The notes: generated by a model from the sequence alone, not told the origin. A stretch of DNA of 64,000 nucleotides from Nitrospirota bacterium (GCA_035516965.1 DATIZR010000120.1:967-64966); one strand, 5' to 3'; positions 10,092 to 23,482 are shown, counted from the stretch's first letter. Made by a program: numbers and translations.

Positions 10092-12734
10092 TTAACGGTT
10101 CGTCAAGGGCGACGTGCCCTTTGACCTGGTTTTTATGAAATTGATTTCTTCATCGCGGGTCTTCACGAGTCCGTCGAGCCGTGCATCGAGCAGCTCGGCC
10201 AGGAGCCTGCGGTACCGGGGACCGGGAGGGATCCCGATCGCCTTGAGGTCGTCCCCGGTCAGCGTCACCTTTACCTCCCTCAGGCGGGTGAGATAGAGCG
10301 AGATGTACTTACGCGCTTCCTCCTGCTTGGCCTTGGCCATCATCAGGAGGAGTGCTTCGATGTCGAGCGGCGACAGGAGATGGTAGAGCGCGCTCGGCCG
10401 GAGATCCTGCTCCTTGTAAAACACATAGAGGACGTCCCGGTACTTCTCCCGGGCCTGGCGTACTCGCTCCCGGGTCCTGGCGGGAATCGACAGGCGATCC
10501 AGAATCTCGTCGGCAGTCGCGTCTTTGAGCCGGTCCAGGAGACCCAGAAAATAGACGAACCATTTATCCGCCCTCACCCCGTCAAGATACAGCATCCGGA
10601 ACCAGGTGAACGCCTCGCCGATCTGCCCGAAAAGGCGCTCGGTCTCCGCCGACGCCTTCAGGCCGGGGTGAATGAACTTCAGCAGGTCGAAATCGCTCAT
10701 TCGCTTGAGCACCCGGGCCGGGTCCGTTTCGGAGAAAAGCAGTTGCAGCTCGCTGGTGATGCGATCGCCGCTCAACCGGTGAAAGAGCTTCAGGTTCACG
10801 GCGCTCTTGATCAGGTTCTGCGTATGCTTGCTCAGCCGGAAATCGAAGCGCTGTTCGAAGCGGATCGCGCGGAGCACGCGGGTGGGGTCCTCTACGAACG
10901 AGAGGCTGTGCAGCACGCGAATGGTCTTGTCCTTGATGTCGCGCAGGCCGCTGAAAAAATCGATCAGTTCGCCGAAGCGCTTCCGGTTCAGCCGTACCGC
11001 AAGGGTATTGATGGTGAAATCGCGCCGGTACAGGTCTTTCTTGATGGATGACAGTTCCACGGTCGGCAGCGCGGCCGGCGAAGCGTAATACTCGAGCCGC
11101 GCCGTAGCAATGTCGATCTTGACGCCGTCGGGCAGAACGACCACGGCCGTGCCGAACTTGAGATGGGTCTTCATCCTGCCGCCCATCTTCGCGACCAGCA
11201 TGCCGGCGAAGGTTATGCCGTCGCCTTCCACGACGATGTCGATGTCCAGGTTGGCGACGTGCAGGAACAGATCGCGCACGATGCCGCCTACGAGATACAC
11301 GGGAAAGCCGGACGCGTCGGCCACTTCCCCCACGGCCCTCAGCACCCTGCCGACACCGGCCGGCAGCCGCTCCTCGATGAGATGCTTCACGTTCCGGACG
11401 GACCGGATATCCGTTTCGTCCGTCTCCCGCGCCCCGGACAGCCGCTCCTCGTGAAGAGAGCGGAGCAGGTCCGTGCGGGTGACGGCGCCGACCAGGCTCC
11501 CGCTGTGGTCCATCACGGGAAGAAAGCGCTGGTGCTCTTCGATCATGATGCGCTCGACCTGGCCCACCAGCATTTCCGGTGAAGCGACCGGACCGCCCGT
11601 AGTCATGAACTCTCCGACTTTCTGCCTCCCCAGGCCGTGGATAAGCGCCTTCTGGACGATCTCCCGCGTGATGATCCCCTGGTACTGTCCCTCCTGCAGC
11701 ACGGGAAGGACATTGACGCTGAACCTGGTCATTGCTCCCCCGGCCTCCTCCAGGGTGCTCTCTGCCGGGATCGTCTTGACCGGCGCGGTCATGATCTCCC
11801 TGACCATGGGGCCCGGCTGGATGTGATGCTTCAGGATGTCGATCAGACGCTCCCGCGCCTGCAGGTAGGTCATCTCCCGGGCGACGGCCGATGCGGCCGT
11901 GGCGTGTCCTCCTCCGCCCAGTTCCGACAGCGCCAGGCCGACGTTCACCTTCCCGATGCGCGACCGGCCGATCAGGTGTGTCTTATCGCCCATCTGGACG
12001 ACGAGGAACAGGACATCGAGGCTTTCGCGGTCCCGGATCTTGTGGGCGAGGTTGGCAAGGTCCGGTACGTAGGTCGAAGTCGCCATGGCGGCAATCACCA
12101 CGTGGACCCCGTTGATGTCATAGCTCGTGGCTGCACCCATGAGGTCCCTGAGGAGGGATAACTGCTCGCGGGGCAATTCGCGGCTGACGAAATCAGCAAC
12201 GATATTGAGCTGGGCTCCGAGGGAAATGAGGAGGCCCGCAGCCCGGGCGTCGCGCTCGGTCGTCGACGCATAGGTCAGGGAGCCCGTTTCCTCGTAAATG
12301 CCGAGCGCAAAAATTGTCGCTTCCAGCGGCTCGATCGGGAGGTTCTTCGCCTGGAGCAGTTCGACCATGATGGTAGTCGTCGCTCCGACGGCCTCAATAA
12401 CCTCCACCTCGCCGCGCAGGTCCCCTTCCGCCGCCGGATGATGATCATAGATATGGATGCTGATGCCAGGCCGCTTCAAGGCATCGGACAGCTTGCCCAG
12501 GCGGGCCGGGTTCCGGTTATCCACGACGATGAGCCTTGAGACCTGCCCGACATCCACGTTCCGGAGACGCTCCACTTCCATGGCATAGAACGCAGACTCC
12601 AGGAAAAAATCCCTCATGCTCTTCTCCTGCGAGCCGGGAAACACGAGCTTGGCCTCGGGATAAAGCTTCCTCGCGGCGACCATCGACGCCAGGGCGTCGA
12701 AATCCGCGTTAGTATGGCTGGTGATCACTTCCAT
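10092..12734 (-). CDS. DHH/DHHA1 - tandem CBS - PolyA polymerase/CCA-type nucleotidyltransferase fusion protein
   Basis: 880 aa. DHH motif 'IHIYDHHPA' and DHHA1 'GGGGHATAAS'. CBS pair ('VREIMTAPVKTIP...', 'VGEFMTTGGPVASP...'). Class II nucleotidyltransferase head 'VYLVGGIVRDLFL...LDIDIVVEGD' and 'RRDFTINTLA'. Confidence 0.8.
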   Translation of the reverse strand: MEVITSHTNADFDALASMVAARKLYPEAKLVFPGSQEKSMRDFFLESAFYAMEVERLRNVDVGQVSRLIVVDNRNPARLGKLSDALKRPGISIHIYDHHPAAEGDLRGEVEVIEAVGATTTIMVELLQAKNLPIEPLEATIFALGIYEETGSLTYASTTERDARAAGLLISLGAQLNIVADFVSRELPREQLSLLRDLMGAATSYDINGVHVVIAAMATSTYVPDLANLAHKIRDRESLDVLFLVVQMGDKTHLIGRSRIGKVNVGLALSELGGGGHATAASAVAREMTYLQARERLIDILKHHIQPGPMVREIMTAPVKTIPAESTLEEAGGAMTRFSVNVLPVLQEGQYQGIITREIVQKALIHGLGRQKVGEFMTTGGPVASPEMLVGQVERIMIEEHQRFLPVMDHSGSLVGAVTRTDLLRSLHEERLSGARETDETDIRSVRNVKHLIEERLPAGVGRVLRAVGEVADASGFPVYLVGGIVRDLFLHVANLDIDIVVEGDGITFAGMLVAKMGGRMKTHLKFGTAVVVLPDGVKIDIATARLEYYASPAALPTVELSSIKKDLYRRDFTINTLAVRLNRKRFGELIDFFSGLRDIKDKTIRVLHSLSFVEDPTRVLRAIRFEQRFDFRLSKHTQNLIKSAVNLKLFHRLSGDRITSELQLLFSETDPARVLKRMSDFDLLKFIHPGLKASAETERLFGQIGEAFTWFRMLYLDGVRADKWFVYFLGLLDRLKDATADEILDRLSIPARTRERVRQAREKYRDVLYVFYKEQDLRPSALYHLLSPLDIEALLLMMAKAKQEEARKYISLYLTRLREVKVTLTGDDLKAIGIPPGPRYRRLLAELLDARLDGLVKTRDEEINFIKTRSKGTSPLTNR

Positions 12735-12839
12735 AAGTATTGCAGGCCGCAGAAGCCGGACGTTCAGACGACGGGCAAGGCCGTATGCGTATGGCTATCT
12801 TTTGTCTGTTGTCCGCATCTGTTTCCTGTCCTCTGTCCT

Positions 12840-13721
12840 TTACCCTCTCGGATGATATTTTTCGTGAATCTTCCTGAGCCGGTCCCGGGAGACATGGGTA
12901 TAGATCTGCGTCGTTGAAATATCGGAGTGCCCCAGCATGGCCTGAACCGCGCGGAGATCGGCGCCATTGTCCAGCAGGTGCGTGGCAAACGAATGGCGGA
13001 GCGTATGGGGAGAGATGCTCGTGCGGATCCCCGCTTTCACGGCATAGAGCTTGATCCTCTCCCAGAACATCTGCCGGGTTATACCCCGGCGCCTCAGGCT
13101 GACGAACAACTCGCCTGCTTCCGAGCCCTTGAGCAGTGAGGCTCTGGCCCGGTCGAGGTATTCCCTGATCCAGCCGGCCGCGTGCTCACCCAGGGGCACT
13201 GCGCGCTCTTTCGATCCCTTGCCCATGACGATCAGAAAGCCGCGCTCCAGATTGATGTCCCCCCGTTTCAGCCCGACGAGTTCGCTCACGCGCAGGCCCG
13301 TTGCGTACAGAAGCTCCATCATCGCCTTGTCCCGGAGGCCGAGGGGAGTGTTCGGGTCGGGCTGGTTCAGAAGCGATTCCACATCGGCCATCGAGAGCGA
13401 CCCGGGGAGGCGTTTCCAGCCCCGCGGCGTTTCCAGGTTGATCGTCGGGTCGGTCGCAGCCAGCCCGTCTATCAGCAGATACTTGTGAAAGCCCCTGATC
13501 GCGGCAAGATTCCTTGCCGATGATGCCGGGGATATTCCCAGCGAGGACAGCGCAGCCAGATGCGAGAGGATGTCCGACTGCCGGATTTCGTCCGGCGGCT
13601 TGTCCTTCAGCCTGCCCAGATATCGCGTCAGGTCGTTCCGATAGGACTGGATGGTATTCCGGGAAAGGCCTTTTTCAACGGAAAGATAGGCCAGAAATTT
13701 TTTCAGGATTGCGGGATCCAT
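12840..13721 (-). CDS. xerD: site-specific tyrosine recombinase XerD
   Basis: ORF trimmed to the ATG at 13721 ('MDPAILKKFLAYLSVEKGLSRNTIQSYRNDL'). Catalytic region 'HTLRHSFATHLLDNGADLRAVQAMLGHSDISTTQIYTHV' fits the XerD pattern better than XerC. Confidence 0.85.
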   Translation of the reverse strand: MDPAILKKFLAYLSVEKGLSRNTIQSYRNDLTRYLGRLKDKPPDEIRQSDILSHLAALSSLGISPASSARNLAAIRGFHKYLLIDGLAATDPTINLETPRGWKRLPGSLSMADVESLLNQPDPNTPLGLRDKAMMELLYATGLRVSELVGLKRGDINLERGFLIVMGKGSKERAVPLGEHAAGWIREYLDRARASLLKGSEAGELFVSLRRRGITRQMFWERIKLYAVKAGIRTSISPHTLRHSFATHLLDNGADLRAVQAMLGHSDISTTQIYTHVSRDRLRKIHEKYHPRG

Positions 13722-13914
13722 AGGGTTTGCGGCGCTGCTCTGCTTCGATTGTATGTGAATACGAGCGGAATTGCAAGGGATGGACGAACAGGGACAGGCG
13801 CAATGGTTCCCGGCCGGAGGAGACACCCCGCAATGGATTCCCCGGGCACCTGTTGTTCAGTGTTTTTTCAACTATGGTAATGCAATAAGGCGGATAAACT
13901 CTATTCTTGAATGG

Positions 13915-15297
13915 CTACATCACCCCGAAACGCTTCATCCTTCTCCGGAAGGCATCCCGCGGCATCCTGAGCAAATTGGCTGCCTTGGTCTGATTGCCTC
14001 CGGACATTTCGAGCGCTTTCCTGACGAGTGCATTTTCCACGTCTTCAAGGGAAAGTCCGGACTCGGGAATAACGAAACCATCGAGCGAAACCGGCATGCT
14101 GGGCTGAGTATTGTTCAGGAAGGGAGACCGCTCCAGAACCTCCTGCGACAAATTCTCGGGCTCGATCTCCCCGTCGATGTCCAGGATCATTGCCCGCTCG
14201 ATCACATTTTTCAGCTCCCGGACGTTTCCCGGCCAGGGATAGTTCATCATGATCTGCTCCGCCTCCGGGGAAATCCTCGCGATGTTCTTATGGCATTCGC
14301 GGTTGAAATGCTCGAGAAAGTGGTTTGCCAGCAGTTGGATATCTTTTCCGCGGTCCCGCAGCGGCGGCAGATAGATCGGGACAACCTGGAGGCGGTAATA
14401 CAGGTCCTTCCGGAACCGGCCCTCGTTCATCGCCCTCGCAAGCTCCTGATTCGTTGCCGAGATGAGCCTCACATCCACCTTGATGTCCTTCACGCCGCCT
14501 ACGCGCTTGAAGGTCTTTTCCTCGAGCATGCGGAGCAGCTTGGCCTGCATGCTCATGTGCATGTCGCCGATCTCATCCAGGAACACCGTACCGCCGTCTG
14601 CCAGTTCGAACAGCCCCTTCTTGGCCGTTTTTGCGTCGGTGAACGCGCCTTTTTCATGTCCCATCAACTCGGTTTCGAGCAGGGTGACCGGGAGGGCGGC
14701 GCAATTGATAGCCATGAACGGCTTGTCGCTTCGCGCGCTGCCGTAGTGAATCGCCTTGGCAACCAGCTCTTTTCCCGTGCCGCTTTCGCCCTGGATCAGT
14801 ACCGTCGTCGCATCGCTCTTGGCGATCTTCAGGATCAGGCTCTTCACCTTGACCATCTCTTCGCTGTCCCCGATGAGCGTATCCACCTGCGCCAGCTGTT
14901 CCTTGCGCAGCTGTTTCACCTGGCTCCTGAGCGAGCCCGCTTCGAGCGCCTTCCTGATGACGAAGGTGATCTCATCAAGGTTGAAGGGCTTGCTGATATA
15001 GTCGTATGCCCCGAACTTCATGGCCTTGACCGCCGTTTCCACCATTCCGTAGGCGGTGATCATGATCACCATGAGCCCCCGATCCTGCACGTGCAGCTTC
15101 TCGAGGAGCTCAAGGCCGGTCATTTCCGGAAGCCTGTTATCGAGGAGGACCAGGTCGGGCGGATCATCGGCGATGATCTGCATGCCCTTTTCGGCCGAAT
15201 CCACAGTCGCCACCTCATAGCCCTCTTTCACCAGATGCTGTTCGAGCGTCCACCGGATCAGTTTTTCGTCGTCTATGACCAGTATCTTCTGCGCCAT
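13915..15297 (-). CDS. sigma-54-dependent Fis-family response regulator (NtrC/AtoC type)
   Basis: REC domain ('ILVIDDE...LVLLDNRLPEMTG'). AAA+ Walker A 'GESGTGKE', 'GAFTDA' sigma54-contact loop, 'RFRKDLYYRL'. C-terminal HTH 'GNQTKAANLLRMPRDAFRRRM'. Confidence 0.92.
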   Translation of the reverse strand: MAQKILVIDDEKLIRWTLEQHLVKEGYEVATVDSAEKGMQIIADDPPDLVLLDNRLPEMTGLELLEKLHVQDRGLMVIMITAYGMVETAVKAMKFGAYDYISKPFNLDEITFVIRKALEAGSLRSQVKQLRKEQLAQVDTLIGDSEEMVKVKSLILKIAKSDATTVLIQGESGTGKELVAKAIHYGSARSDKPFMAINCAALPVTLLETELMGHEKGAFTDAKTAKKGLFELADGGTVFLDEIGDMHMSMQAKLLRMLEEKTFKRVGGVKDIKVDVRLISATNQELARAMNEGRFRKDLYYRLQVVPIYLPPLRDRGKDIQLLANHFLEHFNRECHKNIARISPEAEQIMMNYPWPGNVRELKNVIERAMILDIDGEIEPENLSQEVLERSPFLNNTQPSMPVSLDGFVIPESGLSLEDVENALVRKALEMSGGNQTKAANLLRMPRDAFRRRMKRFGVM

Positions 15298-15311
15298 CGT
15301 GCTCGCTCCTC

Positions 15312-16790
15312 TTATGACTTGATGCCGGGAGGATAGGGAAAACGTATCAGGAAATTCGCTCCCTTTCCCGGAGCGCTGGTGACGGCTATTTCGCCGTTGT
15401 GCTGCTCGATGATGCGCTGGGTAATGGAGAGCCCGAGGCCCGTTCCCTGCTGCCGTGTGGTAAAGAAGGGATTGAAGATCCTGCTCAGGTTTTCCATGGA
15501 TATGCCTTTGCCTGAGTCGCTGAAAGACAGTTCTACAACGCCCGGCGTCTCTCCCGAGGGCTTGGTTGAACGGGTTTCCACAGTGAATTTCCCGCCCTCC
15601 GGCATAGCTTGGATCGCGTTCATTGCAATGTTGATCATCGCCTGCTGGACAAGATCGGGGTCGAGGGTGAGCCAGGGCAGTCCGGCGGCAAGCCTCCGTT
15701 CCGAGGTGATGGAATACTTGGCGAACTGCGGTGCGAGGAAGTCGAGGAGTTTACCGATAAGCTCATTGATATCCACAAGGGTCATCTTCGGCTCCGGAGG
15801 CCTGGCGAAGGAGAGCAGGTTCCGGACCGCCTTGTCCATCCGTTCCACCTGGGAGAGCACTTCATCGAGAACCGGACGCTTTGGGTCGGCGGCCAGCATG
15901 TCCTTTTTCAGGACCTGGATCACGCCTGCGATGCCCGCCAGGGGATTCTTGATCTCGTGGGCGATTCCCGCCGCCATCTCGCCGATGGAAGCGAGACGGT
16001 CGGCCCGCTTCATCTGTTCGTAATGGTACCGTTCAACGCGCCGGCGTGCACGTTCGAGCTTTGCCAGGAGCGAATTGAAGGCTTCGCCCAGCCTGCCGAT
16101 ATCGTCGGTGCTCCTCACATCCACCCGGGCTTCAAGGCCGCTTTCCGCCCGCTCCATCGTCGCGATCAGTTCCTGGATCGGGTCTGTCACGAAGCGGGTC
16201 AGGAACAGCGACAGGGAGATGGCGAGCACGGCGGTGACCCCAAGGGCCCAGAGGAACATGGTCTTGCTCAATTCACCGACCTTCTGCTGGGTCTGTTCCA
16301 TCGAGACGTCAACAGCAAGGATCCCGTTGAGCTTGACCTTTGAACCATGACAGTGAAAACAGCGCTCGTCGTTCACGATGGGGAAGAGGACCGAGAAGAT
16401 ACCCTCATCCCGCCTCTTGATGGGCTTCTTGAACAGGTCGGCCAGGAACCATTTCTGTGTCGCGGCTTCAACCTTCCTGCCGATCATCCACCGTTTCGAC
16501 GATTTGAGGATCACGCCGTTGGGGCTGAATATCTTCACCTCACGGATGTTGTGATACCCGCCGACGGCTTCCAGGATGTGCTGCACCTCTTTGCTCTTGC
16601 CCTCGAGCATGGCATTTGCCAGGCTGCGCTCAATGGTGTTGGATATGACCAGGACATTGTCTTCGAGAGCGTCTTCCATGTGGGCCTGCTGGTACTGGAT
16701 ATTGATCCACGTGCCGAGGCCGATGGTCACCGCGAGAATGGCCGAAACCCAGATGATGATCTTGCTTCTGAGGCTCGATACGATCCTCAC
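15312..16790 (-). CDS. sensor histidine kinase (2 TM, extracytoplasmic loop with CXXCH motif, HAMP, HisKA, HATPase)
   Basis: GTG start at 16790. TM1 'IIIWVSAILAVTIGLGTWI', a loop containing 'CFHCH' (16347..16361), and TM2 'MFLWALGVTAVLAISLSLFL'. H-box 'AAGIAHEIKNPL', 'DSGKGI', 'GTGLGLSI'. Confidence 0.88.
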   Translation of the reverse strand: MRIVSSLRSKIIIWVSAILAVTIGLGTWINIQYQQAHMEDALEDNVLVISNTIERSLANAMLEGKSKEVQHILEAVGGYHNIREVKIFSPNGVILKSSKRWMIGRKVEAATQKWFLADLFKKPIKRRDEGIFSVLFPIVNDERCFHCHGSKVKLNGILAVDVSMEQTQQKVGELSKTMFLWALGVTAVLAISLSLFLTRFVTDPIQELIATMERAESGLEARVDVRSTDDIGRLGEAFNSLLAKLERARRRVERYHYEQMKRADRLASIGEMAAGIAHEIKNPLAGIAGVIQVLKKDMLAADPKRPVLDEVLSQVERMDKAVRNLLSFARPPEPKMTLVDINELIGKLLDFLAPQFAKYSITSERRLAAGLPWLTLDPDLVQQAMINIAMNAIQAMPEGGKFTVETRSTKPSGETPGVVELSFSDSGKGISMENLSRIFNPFFTTRQQGTGLGLSITQRIIEQHNGEIAVTSAPGKGANFLIRFPYPPGIKS

Positions 16791-17725
16791 CCGACATTCA
16801 CCTTTCCGATGATATCCTTCACGTGGGAGACCCCCTGTTCGTGGAGGATCATCGCCATGCCTTCGATGACATCGAGCGTTGCCCGCGGGTTAACGAAGTT
16901 CGCCGTTCCCACCGCGACCGCTTTTGCGCCTGCGAGCATGAACTCAAGCGCGTCCTCGCCCGTGATGATGCCCCCCATTCCGATGATCGGAAGCGTCACC
17001 GACCGCGCCGTCTGCCATACCATCCGGACCGCGACCGGCCTGATGGCCGGGCCCGAGAGCCCCCCGGTGCAGTTCGCGAGCCGGGGCCTTCTGCAGCGCA
17101 CGTCGATCGCCATGCCCAAAAGCGTATTGATGAGCGAAAGCCCGTCACACCCCGCGTCCTGAGCAGCCTTTGCAAAGGTTGTCACGTCCGTCACGTTGGG
17201 CGACAGCTTTGCGATGAGCGGCAGCTTCGTTGCCCTGCGGATGGCGAAAAGCAGTTCCGACGTGGCCCGGAGGTCCGTTCCGAACGCCATCCCCCCGGCC
17301 TTGACATTCGGGCAGGAGATATTGACCTCGATGCCCGAGACCCCCGGGGCTTCGTCGAGGCGCTCTGCGACGGCGACGTACTCCTCGGGGCTGGAGCCGA
17401 ATATATTGACAATGACAGCCGTGTCGAATTTCCTGAGATAGGGCAGCTTCTCCGCCAGGAAAACGTCCACCCCCGGGTTCTCGAGACCGATGGCGTTCAG
17501 CATCCCGGCAGGCGTCTCCCATATCCGCGGAGGAGGGTTCCCCTTGATGGGCTTCAGAGATATGCCCTTGACGACCACGCCGCCGAGCAGATTCAGATCG
17601 ACGAAGTCCGAGAACTCCTCGCCGTAGCCGAACGTTCCCGAGGCCGTGAGCACGGGGTTCTTGAGCCTGATCCCGGCGAAGTCGACGGAGAGATCTATGG
17701 GGGGGGTCAACGCTATTTTTTTCAT
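16787..17725 (-). CDS. pyrD: dihydroorotate dehydrogenase B, catalytic subunit
   Basis: 312 aa. Contains 'LKNPVLTASGTFGYG', 'NISCPNVK', 'PLIAKLSPNV' and 'GGLSGPAIRPVAVRMV...IIGMGGI'. Follows pyrK. Confidence 0.93.
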   Translation of the reverse strand: MKKIALTPPIDLSVDFAGIRLKNPVLTASGTFGYGEEFSDFVDLNLLGGVVVKGISLKPIKGNPPPRIWETPAGMLNAIGLENPGVDVFLAEKLPYLRKFDTAVIVNIFGSSPEEYVAVAERLDEAPGVSGIEVNISCPNVKAGGMAFGTDLRATSELLFAIRRATKLPLIAKLSPNVTDVTTFAKAAQDAGCDGLSLINTLLGMAIDVRCRRPRLANCTGGLSGPAIRPVAVRMVWQTARSVTLPIIGMGGIITGEDALEFMLAGAKAVAVGTANFVNPRATLDVIEGMAMILHEQGVSHVKDIIGKVNVG

Positions 17726-17839
17726 GACAGCGATTCTTGATACTAAAGAGGCGGATTGATCTATGACTTTCCCTGGTTGAGACCATGGCCCTTTTGTGTC
17801 AACAACCAGGATGCGCTCTCGTACGTCGACGGGGTTACC

Positions 17840-18664
17840 CTATTTACGGTGCGGGACCGGCAGCACAATGCGTTCGCTCCAATCGATCTCTTTCGCATCG
17901 AACACAGGACCTTCCTTGCAGGCCCGTTTATAGCCGCCGGACTTCTGCGGGATCGAGCATCCCATGCAGGCGCCCAGGCCGCAGGCCATACGCTCCTCCA
18001 TGGACACATAACAGGGGATCGCATGTTCGGCTGCGATCCTGCTGACGGAGGCCAGCATCGCGTGGGGTCCGCAGGCATAGATCACGAGGGGGGACTTTTT
18101 TTCCGTCCGGGACAGGAAGGTCTCCAGGATGTGCGTTGACATTCCCTTCGCTCCCGCGCTTCCGTCCTCGGTGGCAACGTGCACCCGTTCCGTGACCTCC
18201 CGGAAACTCTTCATGATGGCGGCCGGGGGAAGACATTCGCGGTTTTTCGAACCGATGAAAAAGTGCGAACGGGAGCGTGTACGTTGTGCAAGAAAGTGAA
18301 GAGGAGGAAAACCGCTTCCGCCGCCGAGCAGGACCGGCACCGTGCCCCTGCCCGGCATCGGGAAGCCGTTCCCGAGAGGGCCCAGCATGCCGAGGGTGAA
18401 GCCGTCTTCGACGGCCGCGAGAAAACCGGTGCCCCGTCCAACTACGCGGTACACGATTTCGAGTCTTGATTTCGAGAGAACGGAGGAAATACCGAAAGGC
18501 CGGCCAAGGAGCGGGTCCCAGTTACCCGTGACCCTCAACATCACGAACTGGCCGGGCACCGCGACCGCCGCCGCATCCGGCGCTTTCAGAACAAGCCGGT
18601 AAAAACCTCTTCCTGCGGGACGGTTCGAAACGACCTGGGCCTGGTGAAGCCTATTCGAAGGCAA
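17840..18664 (-). CDS. pyrK: dihydroorotate dehydrogenase electron-transfer subunit
   Basis: FAD/NAD domain 'PGQFVMLRV' and C-terminal 2Fe-2S motif 'MACGLGACMGC'. Start reassigned to the TTG at 18664, which has 'AGGAG' 7 nt upstream. The ATG at 18724 would add an Arg-rich tail lying inside greA. Confidence 0.8.
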   Translation of the reverse strand: MPSNRLHQAQVVSNRPAGRGFYRLVLKAPDAAAVAVPGQFVMLRVTGNWDPLLGRPFGISSVLSKSRLEIVYRVVGRGTGFLAAVEDGFTLGMLGPLGNGFPMPGRGTVPVLLGGGSGFPPLHFLAQRTRSRSHFFIGSKNRECLPPAAIMKSFREVTERVHVATEDGSAGAKGMSTHILETFLSRTEKKSPLVIYACGPHAMLASVSRIAAEHAIPCYVSMEERMACGLGACMGCSIPQKSGGYKRACKEGPVFDAKEIDWSERIVLPVPHRK

Positions 18665-19129
18665 TCTGGATCTCCTGTATCTCGAACTCCACGGTCTTGG
18701 CCGGTGTCTTGATCGTGACCACATCGCCTACCTTATGCCCGATGAGCGCCTTGCCAACGGGGGACTGAATCGAAATCTTCCCTTGTTTCAGGTCCGCCTC
18801 CTCCTGGCCGACGAGGGTGTACTTTTTCAGATCGCCCGATTCCGTGTCCGACAGCGTTACCGTCGATCCGAATACGACCTTTTCATTGGTAAGCTTGGAC
18901 ACATCGATGATCTGCGCATGGGAGAGTTTATGCTCGAGCTCGCGCTTCTTTGCGTCGAGGTGCCCCTGCCGCTCCTTGGCCGCATGAAATTCGGCATTTT
19001 CAGACAGATCGCCGTGCGCCCGGGCTTCCTCGATGTCCCTGATGTTCTTTGGCCGCTCGACCTTGATGATGCGGTCGAGCTCCTGCTTGAGCTTGTCGTA
19101 GCCTCCTTTGGTCATGGGGATCTTCTGGG

Positions 19130-19133
<4 letters not shown>
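18651..19133 (-). CDS. greA: transcription elongation factor GreA
   Basis: 160 aa. Contains '[16 protein letters not shown]...[28 protein letters not shown]'. ATGA start/stop overlap with carB at 19130..19133. Confidence 0.95.
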
Positions 19134-22417
<3,284 letters not shown>

Positions 22418-22561
22418 GAAATCCTTCCTTAACAGAGACGACCTGAAGTCGAACAGTTGATTGTTGCGGAGGGCATGGAGTTCATTGCTCAATGGTCCAT
22501 GCATACAACGGGTCTTTCCCTATTTCTCCCCGGTCACCGTGTCCCCCTGTAGATCTTATTC

Positions 22562-23482
22562 TTACTCGAACTCCTGCACCCACCCGTTCTCGAGCCCATA
22601 CTTGTCCATGATCTGCCGCGCCTCCTCATATTCCCCGGCCGTGATCCTGCGAGACAGCTCCTTGATCTGGGTTGCCTTGTACGCCGGGAAGTACTGGGAC
22701 ATGAGGCTGATGTGGACATCCTTCGAAATCTCTTCGGCCAGGAACTTCATCACGCTCTCGGTGCCGGAGAGACCGCCCGGCAGGACGAGGTGGCGGATGA
22801 TGAGCCCTCGCTTTGCCAGGCCGGTTTCATCGACGACCAGGTTGCCCACTTGCCGGTACATCTCCCGGACGGCAGCCCGGTTGACTTCCGGATACTGGGA
22901 CGCCGCAGAATAGCGCCGTGCAACAGCCTCATCGGAATACCGCATGTCCGGCAGATAGATATCCACGATGCCATCAAGGAGCTTGAGCGATTCAACCGAA
23001 TCGTAGCCGCTCGTGTTGTACACGATGGGCAGGTCGAACCCTCGCTCCCGTGCTATGCCGAGCGCCTTCAGGATCTGCGGCATGAAATGGGTCGGCGTCA
23101 CCAGATTCAGGTTGTGGCACCCCTGCTCCTGCAGCCAGGTCATCTGGCAGGAGATCTCGCCCGGCGTACGCTCCGTGCCGGTCCCGAGCTGGCTGATAGG
23201 ATAGTTCTGGCAATAAACGCACCGCAGATTGCAGTTGGCGAAAAAAATGGTCCCCGAACCCTTCGCTCCCGAAAGAGGCGGTTCCTCGCCGAGATGGGGG
23301 CTCGCGCTCGAAACAACTGCCTTCAGGCCGGAACGGCAGAAGCCGAGTTTGTCGTCCTTCAGACGGTTCACCCCGCATTCCCGGGGGCAGACACGGCAGG
23401 ATTCGAGGAGATTGTAGGCAGCCTCGATGCGAATTTGTAATTCTGTTTGTGAAACTGAAACCATAATACCCGTTGAAACCAC
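22562..23482 (-). CDS. radical SAM protein, PflX-like (putative activating enzyme family)
   Basis: 306 aa. N-terminal Cys cluster 'CRVCPRECGVNRLKDDKLGFC' followed by radical SAM 'CNLRCVYCQN'. Sits between carA and carB. Confidence 0.75.
   Translation of the reverse strand: MVSTGIMVSVSQTELQIRIEAAYNLLESCRVCPRECGVNRLKDDKLGFCRSGLKAVVSSASPHLGEEPPLSGAKGSGTIFFANCNLRCVYCQNYPISQLGTGTERTPGEISCQMTWLQEQGCHNLNLVTPTHFMPQILKALGIARERGFDLPIVYNTSGYDSVESLKLLDGIVDIYLPDMRYSDEAVARRYSAASQYPEVNRAAVREMYRQVGNLVVDETGLAKRGLIIRHLVLPGGLSGTESVMKFLAEEISKDVHISLMSQYFPAYKATQIKELSRRITAGEYEEARQIMDKYGLENGWVQEFE

Noticed and set aside
12840-13826. A tyrosine recombinase, considered as a possible marker of an integrated mobile element.
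   Set aside because: The catalytic region matches housekeeping XerD. There are no flanking direct repeats, tRNA, phage or transposase genes, and the neighbouring genes are ordinary chromosomal functions.
13771-15336. A 521-aa plus-strand ORF.
   Set aside because: It is antisense to the clearly genuine sigma54 response regulator (Walker A, GAFTGA-like loop, HTH). It has the same low-complexity composition and no motif.
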